Part shown: piece by piece, positions 50,236 to 63,022 of the stretch
Numbering within the stretch: position 1 is the first letter of the stretch
Layout: each line of letters opens with the position of its first letter
NCBI GenBank assembly: GCA_951406725.2
Contig: OX597824.1
Coordinates: forward strand, 87,792,001 to 87,856,000
DNA length: 64,000 nt
Direction of reading: 5' to 3'
DNA from: Octopus vulgaris
Taxonomy: Eukaryota
Program-made: the position numbers and the translations under genes
The notes under the pieces: model-generated
The model's database searches: none
What the model was told of the DNA's origin: nothing
Seen by the model: only the letters and a program-made list of their open reading frames with translations

Positions 50236-50749
50236 CCGTAAATCCTCGAGTATAGTCCACCCCTGAGTATAATACGCAGGGGATTTTTAGGGGGCTGTAC
50301 CTCTGAAAAACCTAAACCTTGTGTATAATATGCACCCCTTGTCTAACTTGAGTCAAGGAGGTCTATATAACGTCCTTGGTTTGTAAAAATGCATACAGTA
50401 ACGTCCTTTATTATTATTGTATATATAACATAATGCAAACGTGTAGCTTTTTTATGCATTTTGTTTGCAGAAAATAAAGAAATAACAGTAATAACGTTTA
50501 ATAAATGTTGCTTACTGCAAGTTATAGATGATTCTTTTAGGACTTCATTGCTTTCAGGCTTAGCTTAAGGTATTTTCACACCCGACATCACAAAATGTGT
50601 CTGAATAAACATTGCCGGACAGCAAATAGAGACTTGGACATTGCTTAGAAAATATTTTTCATTTTTAACCTCGCATATAGTACGCACTAGGGATTTTGAC
50701 CTTTAAATTTTGGGGAAAAAAAGTGCGGATTATACTTGAGGATTTATGG
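50236..50749. mobile_element. Tc1/mariner-superfamily (pogo/Tc2-like) MITE nested in a retroposon
   Basis: TA|CCGTAAATCCTCGAGTATA … TATACTTGAGGATTTATGG|TA. Removing it restores cttgcaagt-acttggtgacc, which matches the reverse of 21756-21785. Confidence 0.85.
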
Positions 50750-52090
50750 TACTTGGTGACCTCACTAGTGCTGGTGCTATGTAAAAAAGCAGCCAGTACA
50801 CTCTGTAAAGTGATAGGCATTAGGGAGGGCATCCAGCTATACAAACCATACCACACCAGACAACTGGAGTCTGGTGCAGTCCTTTGGCTCACCAGCCCCT
50901 GTTGAACCATCCAACCCATGCCAGCATGGAAAATGGATGTTAAATAATGACGATTGGTAATGATTTAAAGTTTACTCAAAAACCATTTCATACAAAAATT
51001 ACAATATTTTACATTATTTTCCATAGGTGAAACTATGCATGGAAATAAACTGTTTTCTAGCAGGATGCTCTTCCTGTTACAAATTACTGTATTTTAATGT
51101 GTATAAAGAACCCTTTCTTGTCAAAAATTAGGTTTAAAAAATATAGGAGTTTCTTATACATGGATAGTATTATAAACCCTTACAAAACCTTTTTTTCCAA
51201 ATTTTAAGCCCCAAAAATTAGAGGGTTCCTTATACACGTTATACAGGGAGTAAGAATAATGGAGCAAGCTTTCAATATTTTTGTTTTAAGCTAACAACCA
51301 GAACAAGTAGAGTTATGTGCCTTGCTTAAGGACAAAACATTACAGAGATTGTAACTGTGTAATCCACAATCTTATCCTTGTAGCAATGGTACCTTTCTTA
51401 TTCAATTACGATTTCAAAGGATCTTTTCTTTGCAAGAACCTAGATGATATATAAAAATTCCTTAGGGAAAGGTGGAGTGAGAAATAATTTACTAGAGCAC
51501 AAAAAGTTACAAAGCAAATCAAAAGGACTCATTTATTTTTCTGAAGCCTAGTACTTATTCTATCGGTCTCTTTTGCTGAACTGCTAAGTTACAGGGATGG
51601 GAACATACCACCAATGGTTGTCATAGGGTGGTGGAGGACAAACACTGACCGACACAGGCATATTTATTAAACTACTTCAATGAACACAGCATATAGAAAA
51701 TAAATGGCTGTGGCGAAGAAATTTCTGATTTACACCACATGACTTCAGGTTCAATTCCACTGTATGGCACTTTGAGCATGTATCTCCTATTATAGCGCTA
51801 GGATGACCAAAAGCTTTGTTAGTGGATTCGGTAGATTAAAAACTGCGGAAAACATGTCGTGTGTGTGTGTGTGTGTGTGAGTGCTTGCATGTCTGTGTTT
51901 GTCCCCCTGCCCACCATCGCTTGACAACTGATGCTGGTGTATTTACATCCCTGTAACTTAGCAGTTCAGCAAAACAGACGGATAGAATAAATACTGGGCT
52001 TGCAAAGAATAAGTCCTGGGGTCGATTTGCTCGACTAAAGGCAATGCTCCAGAATGGCTGCAGTCAAATGACTGAAACAAAAGAATAAAA

Positions 52091-52144
<54 letters not shown>

Positions 52145-52155
52145 CAAAGACTTAC

Positions 52156-52272
52156 CACATCATCAGTGACTCCATGACAATAAGCTAGGTCAAGTTTCTG
52201 AACTCCATGACCAATTCGTTCCAAAAAAGGACTTTCACTCAAAGATGCAATGAATTTTCTTTCAGTGAAATA
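52156..52272 (-). CDS. FBXL5: FBXL5 exon, first LRR region (YFTERKFIASLSESPFLERIGHGVQKLDLAYCHGVTDDV)
   Basis: Acceptor tctttacag, donor GTG|gtaag; 117 nt, phase 0 to 0. Aligns with human [20 protein letters not shown]. Confidence 0.9.
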
Positions 52273-53387
52273 CTGTAAAGATAAGAAAGAACAAGGTAGA
52301 ATTTCAAAGACAAACTAAAGCAAATAGATGTGTGTGTGTGTGTGTGTAAAGATAAATTAAATATAGAGATACTCTATTGACAATCCAATAATTTATTTAT
52401 ATTATCACTTCGATCAACATCAATGGAAATTGTGGTTGTGATACCAGTGCCGGTGGCACGTAAGAGAACCATCCGAATGTGGCCATTGCCAGCGTCACCC
52501 CGACTGGTTTCTTCCATGCCGGTGGCACGTAAAAAAGCACCATCCGATTGTGGCCGTTGCCAGCCTCGTCTGGCACCTGTGCCAGTGGCACATAAAAAGC
52601 ACTACTGGCACCTGTGGCTGTTTGCCAGCCTCGTCTGGCACCTGTGCCAGTGGCACGTAAAAAGCACCCACTACACTCTTGGAGTGGTTGGCGTTAGGAA
52701 GGGCATCAAGCTGTACAAACACTGCCAGATCAGACTGGAGCCTGGTGCAGCCTCCTGGCTTCCCAGATCCCAGGTTGAACCGTCCAACACATGCTAGCAT
52801 GGAAAGCGGACGTTAAACAATGATGATGATGATTATAATATTACATTAAATACTATGAATATAATATATAACATAACATATATAAATAATAATGAAAACC
52901 ATAAATGGCCAACAAAGTGTTTCGACTTATATATACTTTTTCTTATATACATAATCACAGTTCCATTATACGTAAGTCACTTCAGGATCCTTGGTTCAGA
53001 AAGACGAAATTCCGTGTGAAAGGAGGCGGTGCCTGAGAACTCTACCCCCATGACCTATCCAAGAATAGTGGGCAGAGAAGATGGACGGATGGATAAAAAG
53101 CCTTGATAAACAGGTGATGTCCGTGAGGATCAGTGGGTGAAGCTTGCAAAGAAAGGCTTAGGCAAAGTGCATAATGCAGGTTTGGGGAAGAGACAAGTGA
53201 TCAAGTGGCTTTAAGTGAAGATAGTAGGTTGCTTATGGGAACAGAAGCTGTTATAGCAAGGCAGAAAAGAAAGTGAAAGATTCTATTTATGGTACGTAGG
53301 CAGTAGCATGTTAATGGGGTGAATTTTTGCTAATTAGCAGGATGGCCTTCTTGGGAAGCAGAGGAGAAATAGGGTGTTTGTGTATAG

Positions 53388-53800
53388 AAGGTGGCGAGTT
53401 GGCAGAAACGATAGCGCGCCAGGCGAAATGCTTAGCAGTATTTCGTCTGCTGCTATGTTCTGAGTTCAAATTCCGCCGAGGTCGACTTTGCCTTTCATCC
53501 TTACAGGGTCGATAAATTAAGTACCAGTGACGCGCTGGGGTCGATATAATCGACTTAATCCGTTTGTCTGTCCTTGTTTGTCCTCTCTGTGTTTAGCCTC
53601 TTGTGGATAGTAAAGAAATACGTATTTCGTCTACCGCTACGTTCTGAGTTCAAATTCCGCCGAGGTCGACTTTGCCTTTCATCCTTTCGGGATCAATAAT
53701 TTAAGTACCAGTTACGCACTGGGGTCGATATAATCAACTTAATCCGTTTGTCTGTCCTTGTTTGTATTCTCTGTGTTTAGCCCCTTGTGGGTAATAAAGA
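53388..53800 (+). mobile_element. Family C SINE dimer
   Basis: ~24-bp TSD gagaaatagggtgtttgtgt(gt)atag at 53364-53387 and 53799-53824. Confidence 0.85.
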
Positions 53801-54148
53801 GAAATAGGGTGTTTGTGTGTATAGCAAAAGCACTGCTACAGGAATGCATCACATTTGTGCTTCATACGAGACTTCACATCAGATCCGGCCTGTGATATTT
53901 TCTGGTTCTAAAGAAAACAAAAATTTGACTTTTGAAATGCAGCTTTGTTAATATCATAAGGCATATATGGCTGCCATTAGAATAAAGCAGAAGGAAAAAA
54001 AGTTCTCAATAATTCATGGAAATGCCAAAATTTGCAGAAATAACCCAGCTTATAACTATCCTGCAAGAAATGTCAAAATCTAACACTAACAGTTATGAAA
54101 ACACACACAGATTTGTTAGCTCTAGAGATTTCAGAACAGTAATTTTAC

Positions 54149-54276
54149 CTTGCTAGAGGCATTGGCAGACTCATCAATATCAGCATCTTCATCAAACTGG
54201 ATGGCAGTTCGAGGGCAGACGCCGGACAGGGTCACTTCTTCCAACAAATTATCATTACTTTTGAATGTCCAGAAAC
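54149..54276 (-). CDS. FBXL5: FBXL5 exon (GFWTFKSNDNLLEEVTLSGVCPRTAIQFDEDADIDESANASSK)
   Basis: Acceptor ccacag, donor AAG|gtaaaa; 128 nt, phase 1 to 0. Contains DEDADIDES, identical to the recalled human FBXL5 motif. Confidence 0.92.
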
Positions 54277-56363
54277 CTGTGGTTAAACCATGAAAGCATA
54301 TTTAATAAAAGACAAATGATCAACAACAAAGTGGCAAGTGATAACAATGATGATGATGAAAGAAACTACCATATTCAATGGCACAGACGACACCGTTTTC
54401 CCAAAACAATGTCTCAAAAAAAGAAGAAAAAACCCTGGGACCTATATACCAAGATGAGTGTCCTATCACCTTTAATGCACTAAAGTTCAAGGACACTGTT
54501 GCTGTTGTCTCTTCAGCATTTCATTAGACAGTCCTTGATAACAGATATTATTCATCAGGAAGTTGAGCCATTCCTTTGGCTATCCATTTTCAAAAATACC
54601 AACAGGTTGTTTTGACCCAGGGAGATAACAGAAAGGAATGTATAAAACTGAAGACGAAAACATCCTGTGCATTGAAGTTGAAAACAATTTCCACTGTAAC
54701 ACATATGCCAAGAATGATAAAAAAAAAAACACTAACAACTAGATAAGGAATATCATGTGACAAACGAATTAGCAGTTAGTCACAGCTCTGATCTTGCATG
54801 GATTATCTACAGAATTAAAAAAAGAAACACTGCACATGCACAAGACAGAGCAAGCTGTAATCAGTGATGGTGTGAAAGTATGAAGTAATAACATCATCAT
54901 CATCGTCATCGTCATCGTTTAACGTCTGTTTTCCATGCTAGCATGGGTTGGATGGTTCGACCGGGGTCTGGGAAGCCAGGAGGCTGCACCAGACTCCAAT
55001 CTTCTCTGGCAATGTTTCTACAGCTTGATGCCCTTCCTAATGCCAACCACTCTGTGAGTGTAGTGGGTGCTTTTTATGTGCCACCAGCACAGGGGCTAGA
55101 GGAGGCTGGCAAACGGCCACGATCGGTTGGTGCTTTTACGTGTCACTGACACGGACGCCAGTCAGGCGGTGCTTTTTACGTGCCACTGGCACAGGGGCCA
55201 GAGGATGCTGGCAAACGGCCACGATCGGTTGGTGCTTTTACGTGTCACTGACACGGACGCCAGTCAGGCGGTGCTGGCATCTGCCACGTTCGGACGGTGC
55301 TTTTTATGTGTCACTGGCACGGGTATCTTAACTACAATTTCCATTTGATTTTTATTTTGACGTACTTGACTCAATGTCTCCTCAAGAACAGCGGGTCACT
55401 CTACGATCCAAGGTTAGCACACCAGGCCGTCCTGCGAGCCATGAACTCACTTCATTTGTCGGGTCTTCACAGTCACAGTCTTCATCATATATTTGATAAA
55501 ATAAAAAATCTTAAATATTTTTATCATCATCAGTTAACATCCACTTTTCCATGCCCGCATGATTGAGATGGAATTTACTGAGGCAGATTTTCTATGGCCA
55601 GATGCCCTTCCTGTTCCCAAGCAGGGTAATATTTCCCCCATGGCCAGACATGTTTTTCACAGAGGACTGGATATGAACAACACTGCTTGTATGACGGTGA
55701 TACCCATTTACAACTACCATGTGATGTCAAGGCAAGAGTACAGACAAAAACACACACACACATATGATGATGATTTGCATATGGTGTGTCTTTGTGAAGA
55801 TTACTCTTTTTTTTTTTATTCTTTAACTCATTTCAGTTATTTGACTGTGGCCATGCTGGAGCACCGCCTTTAGTCGAACAGATCGACTCCAGGACTTATT
55901 CTTTGTAAGTCTAGTATTTATTCTATCGGTCTCTTTTGCTGAACCGCTAAGTTATAAGGACATAAACACACCAACATCGGTTGTCAAGTGATGGTGGGGG
56001 GCACAAACAGACAACAAACATATACACACACACACACACACGTGTGCATATATATACATATATATATACACACACACACACATATACGACGGGCTTCTTT
56101 CAGTTTCCGTCTACCAAATCCACTCACAAGGCTTTGGTCGGCCCGAGGCTATAGTAGAAGACACTTGCCCAAGGTGCCACGCAGTGGAACTGAACCTGGA
56201 ACCATGCGGTTGCTAAGCAAGCTCGTCTTTTTAAAACTGCATGTTATTTATAGTTTGTCTTTCCTTCTCACAGCTAAACTGCATTAATTGTACACTTATT
56301 TCTCCCTGGTTAATATTATTCTGAGTAAATAATCGGACACTGTGAATATTTCTACACACTTAC

Positions 56364-56612
56364 CTCTCGCCCAATAGGTTGGATTCATTACCGTCCAAAG
56401 GGACGGGTCCATGGTAAGCCGATTCCAGTTTACAGACATCTTAGAACAGTACATGAGCTCAAGCGGATTCAGGAAAGAGAAAATCTGAAGCCAAACTTCG
56501 TCAGGCAGTTGACTCTCGACTGGAACCAGGGTCTCTTTTTTGTCACATATCTCTTTTTCTTCCTTCTCTTCCGTTTCCTCCATTTTAGATTCAGTATCAC
56601 CATAGAAGTTAT
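56364..56612 (-). CDS. FBXL5: FBXL5 exon encoding the F-box (…SQLPDEVWLQIFSFLNPLELMYCSKMSVNWNRLTMDPSLWTVMNPTYWAR)
   Basis: Inside ORF 56296..56685; acceptor tttttcag, donor AG|gtaag; 249 nt, phase 1 to 1. LP-E-IFSFL F-box motif and the FBXL5-like SLW..P..WARG. Confidence 0.95.
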
Positions 56613-57262
56613 CTGAAAAAGAGAAAGGAAAGTGAAATAAATAGCCTACCCAGACATCATCATCATCATCATCATCGTTTAACATCCACTTTCCATGCTA
56701 GCATGGGTTGGACGGTTTGACCGGGGTCTGGGAAACCAGGAGGCTGCACCAGACTCCATTCTGATCTGGCAGTGTTTTTACAGCTGGATGCCCTTCCTAA
56801 TGCTATGAGTGCTCTTTATGTGCCACTGGCACAGGGGCCAGAGGAGGCTGGCAAACGGCCACAATTAGTTGGTGCTTTTACGTGTCATCGACACGGACGC
56901 CAGTCAGGTGGCGCTGGCATCGGCCACATTTGGATGGTGCTTTTTATGTGTCACCGGCACAGGTATCACAACTACTATTTCCATTTGATTTTTATTTTGA
57001 TGTGATTGATGTACTTGACTCAATAGGACTCCTCAAGAACAGCAGGTCGCCCTACAATCCAAGGTAAGCCTAGCAGGCTGTCCTGCGAACCATGAACTCA
57101 TTTCATTTGTCAGGTCATTTGTCAGCATATCTCCAGAGGTCTCGGTCTTTCCAGACCCTGGTTGAACCGTCCAACCCATGCTAGCATGGAAAACGGACGT
57201 TAAACAATGATGATGATGATGATGAAAGAGATGAATTGCCACACTGGTTGTACTCAGTAATT

Positions 57263-57810
57263 GGTGAATGCATATGGCTTAGTGGTTAGTGTATTTGGCT
57301 CATAATCATATGGTTGTGAGTTCGATTCCCAGTGGCATGTTGTGTCCTTGAGCAAGACACTTTATTTTCACGTTGCTCCAGTCCACTCAGCTGGCAAAAA
57401 TGAGTAGTACCTGTATTTCAAAGGGCCAGCCTTGTCACATTCTGTATCGTGCTGAATCTCCCTGAGAACTATGTGAACCCTTTAGTGTTCAGATTATTCT
57501 ATCAAACGTAATGCTTATTGATTCCCATTGATTTGAATTAATCGTGCATTATCTCATATCTTCAAGATCTTGATGGTGTAATTACTTAATGTAGAATAAC
57601 ATTGTAGGGTAGGTGTGAGAGCCTGGATCTGGTCAGTTTGAACATAAAACAGGTTAAATATTTTGGCCGGATATGGCCGGTTTAAATACTAAAGGGTTAA
57701 GGGTACGAGTGTTTGTGGGGTGCTCAACTATTCGCATGTTAATTTCACAAGCAAGCTGCCCCTTTGATCAGATCAACTGCAACACTCATCGTTATAGCTG
57801 ATGGAGAACC
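57263..57810 (+). mobile_element. tRNA-derived SINE carrying a nested piggyBac-type MITE (57478-57696)
   Basis: MITE TIRs CCCTTTAGT…/…ACTAAAGGG with tgaa/TTAA flanks. Removing it restores gaactacgTTAAgggtac, as in the 14607-14985 SINE. Other MITE copies at ~3606-3783, ~7896-8050 and ~36614-36833. Confidence 0.82.
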
Positions 57811-58570
57811 AGTTTTAACCAGTAATTGGGTAATAGGGGTATCATTGACAACGAGTTCATTCTGGGTAAATGAGCTGAGTGAAACAAACTCCTCTTCAGA
57901 GGAACCAACAAATCACCATCATCATCATCATCGTCTAACGTCTGCTTTCCATGCAAGCATGGGTTGGACGATTTTGACTGAGGGCTGGCCAACCAGATGG
58001 CTGCACCAGGCTCCAATCTTGATTTGGCAGAGTTTCTACAGCTGGATGCCCTTCCTAACGCCAACCACTCCGAGAGGGTAGCGGGCGCTTTTTACGTGCC
58101 ACCGGCACAGGGGCCAGTCAGGAGTTACTGGCAATGACCTCACTTGAATCTTTCATAGCAGAATAATAATATTTATGAAAGAAATATTAATCACCAATAT
58201 TAAAATATGAACACAACAGTAAAACTTAATCCTAGCTTAGACTAGTTGGGTGTTCAGATAACCTAAACACATTTTTTTCTTTTTTTTATTCTTATTGCTT
58301 ATGGATGGAGAGCTTTTCCTACCCTCTGTTACCTATTTTTGACAAGGTGAACATAGCCATTTGAGTGTTAAATGTCCTGGCCAGAGGGACAAAACAGTAG
58401 TGGCAACGGAGACATGAAACATGGACCACTTAGTTGAATGTCCACAATACCATTTGCAATCTCACTGGACTGAACAAACTGAAATAAATTTATTATTAGC
58501 TCAGTAACATATAATTAGCTTAGTGACTTAATTACAATGAGTTACGTATTGGTTAAAAATTTATTCTTAC

Positions 58571-58706
58571 CATGAAGAAGGCTTTGGTATAATTCTGCAA
58601 CATAGACTTTATGTTCTTGTAAGTGGGTATGGTGATCAATGACTTGCGTTTGGATTTCTTTCAATTCTTCATAAGTGAAATGCTCAACCAGTAACGGCTG
58701 CAGAAT
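58571..58706 (-). CDS. FBXL5: FBXL5 internal exon, C-terminal end of hemerythrin-like domain (ILQPLLVEHFTYEELKEIQTQVIDHHTHLQEHKVYVAELYQSLLH)
   Basis: Manual translation; acceptor ttttctccag, donor G|gtaag; 136 nt, phase 0 to 1. Resembles recalled human FBXL5 [26 protein letters not shown]. First exon found in the window; upstream exons are not in the window. Confidence 0.93.
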
Positions 58707-58889
58707 CTGGAGAAAACAGAATAAGTTTTTTTTGTTTTAGTTACATAAAGCATTATCTCTCAGACTTTCTTTCCTCATAACCCCTTTTTTCCAAACAAAT
58801 TCTCTTGGGACTCCCTTTGATCAAGTATGAGATGTTTTGGCACAGCTGTTCTGGAGCCACTTCTTTGGCATTGCCAATTCAACACTGAC

Positions 58890-59261
58890 TTATTTCTTTA
58901 CTGCCCACAAGGGGCTACACACAGAGGGGATAAACAAGGACAGACAAACGGATTAAGTTGATTATATCGATCCTGAAAGAATGAAAGGTAAAGTCGACCT
59001 CAGCGGAATTTGAACTCAGAATGTAGCGGCAGACGAAATACCTATTTCTTTACTACCCACAGAGAGGACAAACAAGGACAGACAAACGGATTAAGTCGAT
59101 TATATCGACCCCAGTGCATAACTGGTATTTATTTAATCGACCCTGAAAGGATGAAAGGCAAAGTCGACCTCGGCAGAATTTGAATTCAGAACATAGGGGC
59201 AGACGAAATACTGCTAGGCATTTCGCTCGGCGTGCCAACGTTTCTGCCAGCTCGCTGCCTT
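58890..59261 (-). mobile_element. Family C SINE dimer with internal deletions
   Basis: Junction gacgaaatac|ctatttcttt at ~59041. Confidence 0.8.
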
Positions 59262-60685
59262 CAAGATACAACCTGTGCCTTTGGTTGAGAAGCATAAAGA
59301 AAATGCAAATTCCCATAAACATTCAAAAACAAATGGTAAATGAGCTGCCATTACTAATCCAGAGAGTATTGAAATTCCTGATTCCACATTCAACCAAAAG
59401 ATACACGAGTTTGTTTTTCTGAATTTCCAGTTTGTGATTTGGATTCCACAACAGTTCTGCAAATTTTTCTACTGCTCCACATTGCCATAATGTGAACTCG
59501 TTCAGACATACGATTGTGGCAGAGAAAACAAAATGTTGGTAGCTGTACTAAATTCAGTAGCTTCAGATAAATTACTGTTCTTGTTAGAAATAGTCCAGGA
59601 ACTCCAAATTATGGGAGTGGAATTAACACAAACAATGTTGAAAGATATCTCAGATATACAGATGAGTCACTTGCTCTAGTGTAAACAAATAAACATGGTC
59701 TTTCCTTAATTCTTGTTCCTTTGCTGGCAGTCAATGTCATTCCTGCTACAAACAGAGGACTTGGAAATACACCAGTTCCTTTAATATTAGGAGCTTCAGA
59801 TATAGCCTTTCCTTCCTCCTACTCCTCATCATCATCGTTGTTTAACGTCCACTTTCCAGGCTAGCATGGGTTGGGCGATTTGACTGAGGTCTGGCGAACC
59901 TGATGGCTGCACCAGGCTCCAATCTGATCTGGCAGAGTTTCTACAGCTGGATGCCCTTCCTAACGCCAACCACTCCATGAGTGTAGTGGGTGCTTTTATG
60001 TGCCACCAGCACGAGGGCCAGTCAGGCGGTACTGGCAACGGCCACGCTCAAATGGTGCCTTTTATGTGCCACCAGCACAGGAGCCAGTCCAGCGGCACTG
60101 GCAACAACCTCACTCGAATATTTTTTCACGTGCCAGTAAGGCAACGCTAGTAACTATCACGCTTGAATGGTGCTTTTTACGTGCCACCGGCACAGAAGCC
60201 GGTTAGCTGCTCTAGCAATGATCACACTTGGATGGTACTCTTAGCGCCCTAATAGCACAGATGCCAGTCATCGAAATTCAATTTGATTCCTTCTCCTTTT
60301 GCTAACCCTCTTATTAACCTCAGTTTTCAGAATTTCAGAGCATTGGGATTTCTTGAAATGAAAAAAAAAAAAAAAAAAAATGTGTGTGTGTGTGTGTTTT
60401 TTTATGCAGGAAACTATACAGAGGGGAAAATTAACCATGACCTACAGGATGTGAAAAATAAATATTTTGGATAGAGACACAGATAGAGGAATAGTTAAGG
60501 AGTTTGCTTTGCAATCACATGGTTCCAGTCTCAACCTCACAGTGCAGTACAAATACTACACTAATTTCTGCTAGGTGCAGGCATGGCTGTGGTCAGAAGC
60601 TTGCTCCCCAACCACATGGTTCTGGGTTCAGTCTACTGCGTGGCACCTTGGGCAAGTGTCTTCTAGTATAGACTCTGAAAGAAGC

Positions 60686-60728
<43 letters not shown>

Positions 60729-62653
60729 ACATATATATATTTATGTGTGTATGACTTTGTCATATGAAAATCCCTATTTTTTTACGAATTTTTGACTGCT
60801 GTGTCGCCATTTTACGGTGTATTTCAACCAGAAAAAAGTTCACTTACATAATGCAAAATTTTTACTTTTCAAAAATTCCAATTCTACAGGGTCGAAACAA
60901 ACCTGAGCAACGCCGGGTAATACTGCTTGTATACATTGAATGTTAATATAGAAAAATCTTTGTTAAATGATAATGATGATAAAGATATTTGAAAATCAGG
61001 ATTATATTAATCTCAAATATCAGATGAAATTTTAGAAAAAAGATACAAACATAAGATCCGGGCTTAAAACTCATCTAAAAGGTGCCTATTAATTAGACAT
61101 AGTGCAATTTGCTCTAACATCACCAATATTGAGTGCAGCTAAATGTGAATGCACATGAGAGAGAAAGTGGGAGGTGAAGAAGACACCTAGATACTAAAAT
61201 CAGTGCAACATTAAATGTGAGTTTTAGTTGCATTTGTACCAGTTTTACTTACAGAGATATGAATGCGAGGTGGAAGGAAATAGGTCAGTAACCTCAGGGT
61301 TAGCTTTATAATTACGCAATACACTAAACGAGAGGGGAGGGGGAAAATCTTGACTTTAGAAAACTGAAACAACAGACATCTTTGTTGACTTAAAGTTGTT
61401 GCTTTTTTACGTTAAATGAAAAATGAAACACTTCAGTTTCTGTCAGGTGTCCGAAGTATGACACCCGTTTCTATTGTTAAAATCACACATAACCAAGAAA
61501 ATAGGATTGGTTTAAAGCCTAAGAAAAAAAATGGAGAAAATGTTTTTATAAACTTAGCAAAATAAATCCATGATGACTGTTAACGATGCTAGACAGCTGA
61601 AATATTTGAAAAATAAATTTTCAGTCTAAACAGCATTAATTGATAATGAGTTAGTATTTCCACCATCAGGCAAGTTTAGTATATTATTTTATTTACCAGT
61701 TTGAAGTAGCTGGAATCAGGTACACTCCCAATTTGTAAACAAGTACATTAAGAGATAAAAATATATACAGTAAGTAATTGCAGAGTAGTTTGTGTAAAAA
61801 TATTACTAAACTAGGTGCAGGAGTGGCTGTGTGGTAAGTAGCTTGCTTACCAACCACATGGTTCTGGGTTCAGTCCCACTGCGTGGCATCTTGGGCAAGT
61901 GTCTTCTGCTATAGCCCCGGGCCAACCAATGCCTTGTGAGTGGATTTGGTAGATGGAAACTGAAAGAAGCCTGTCGTATATATGTATATATATAAGTGTG
62001 TGTGTGTGTTTGTGTGTCTGTGTTTGTCCCCCTAGCATTGCTTGACAACCGATGCAGGTGTGTTTATGTCCCCGTCACTTAGCGGTTCGGCAAAGGAGAC
62101 CAATAGAATAAGTACTGGGCTTACAAAGAATAAGTCCCGGGGGGTCGATGTGCGCAACTAAAAGGTGGTGCTCCAGCATGGCCACAGTCAAATGACTGAA
62201 ACAAGTAAAAGAGAGATAAACCATTTACTAACAAATGGACACTATAAAAACCATTCCTTCTATACTAACGAATGGACACACACAACATGTGTGTGTATGT
62301 GTGTGTATATATATACTGCTATCAAATGATGTAAATAAACTACTTGATTCATATCTGGACAATTTGGGAAGTGCTCAGAACTGTAAGTTGATAGGTTAAT
62401 CATAACGCTCAGGGCCAGAAGAAATACGTTTAAATATTGTCTGTAGTAAAATGGTTTGTTTTGTTTTTATTTTTTTTATTTTAGTTCCAAGGTTAACAAC
62501 CTATTTGATCATTGAAATATGAGGTTGAAATGAGGAGGAAGTTAATCTGAACTACAGTTCTAAAATTATAATTTATAAGTTAATCTAATAAACCATCTGA
62601 ATCTAAAGTTTTTTTGCAAAACATCACCAATGGCGAAATTCATTTTACTATAA

Positions 62654-63022
62654 CTAGCAGTATCGCCCAGCATTGCTCAGGTTTGTTTCGACCCTTTAGA
62701 ATTGGAATTTTTGAAAAGTAAAAATTTTGCATTATGTAACTTGTTCTGGTTGAAATACACCAAAAAATGGTGACACAGCAGTAAAAAAATCGTAAAAAAT
62801 AGGGATTTTCAGAGAAAAAAAGCATCTTTTTGATGTAAATAATTTTTGGTGTTAACATGGTCCGATTTGAATTTTTTCTTCTACAGAATGAAGAGCAAGC
62901 CTTCTTCTATCATACTCTCAATTTTGGTCGACTTGCGCCGCAGGGTCTCGGAGGAGATAGTGTCAGTTGAAGGCTACCAAACCTGTCATACACAGACAAC
63001 TTCAGCTTTATATATATAGAGA
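62654..63022 (-). mobile_element. Non-autonomous Helitron (same family as 12542-12934)
   Basis: A|TC 5' end, hairpin plus CTAG|T 3' end. Confidence 0.88.
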
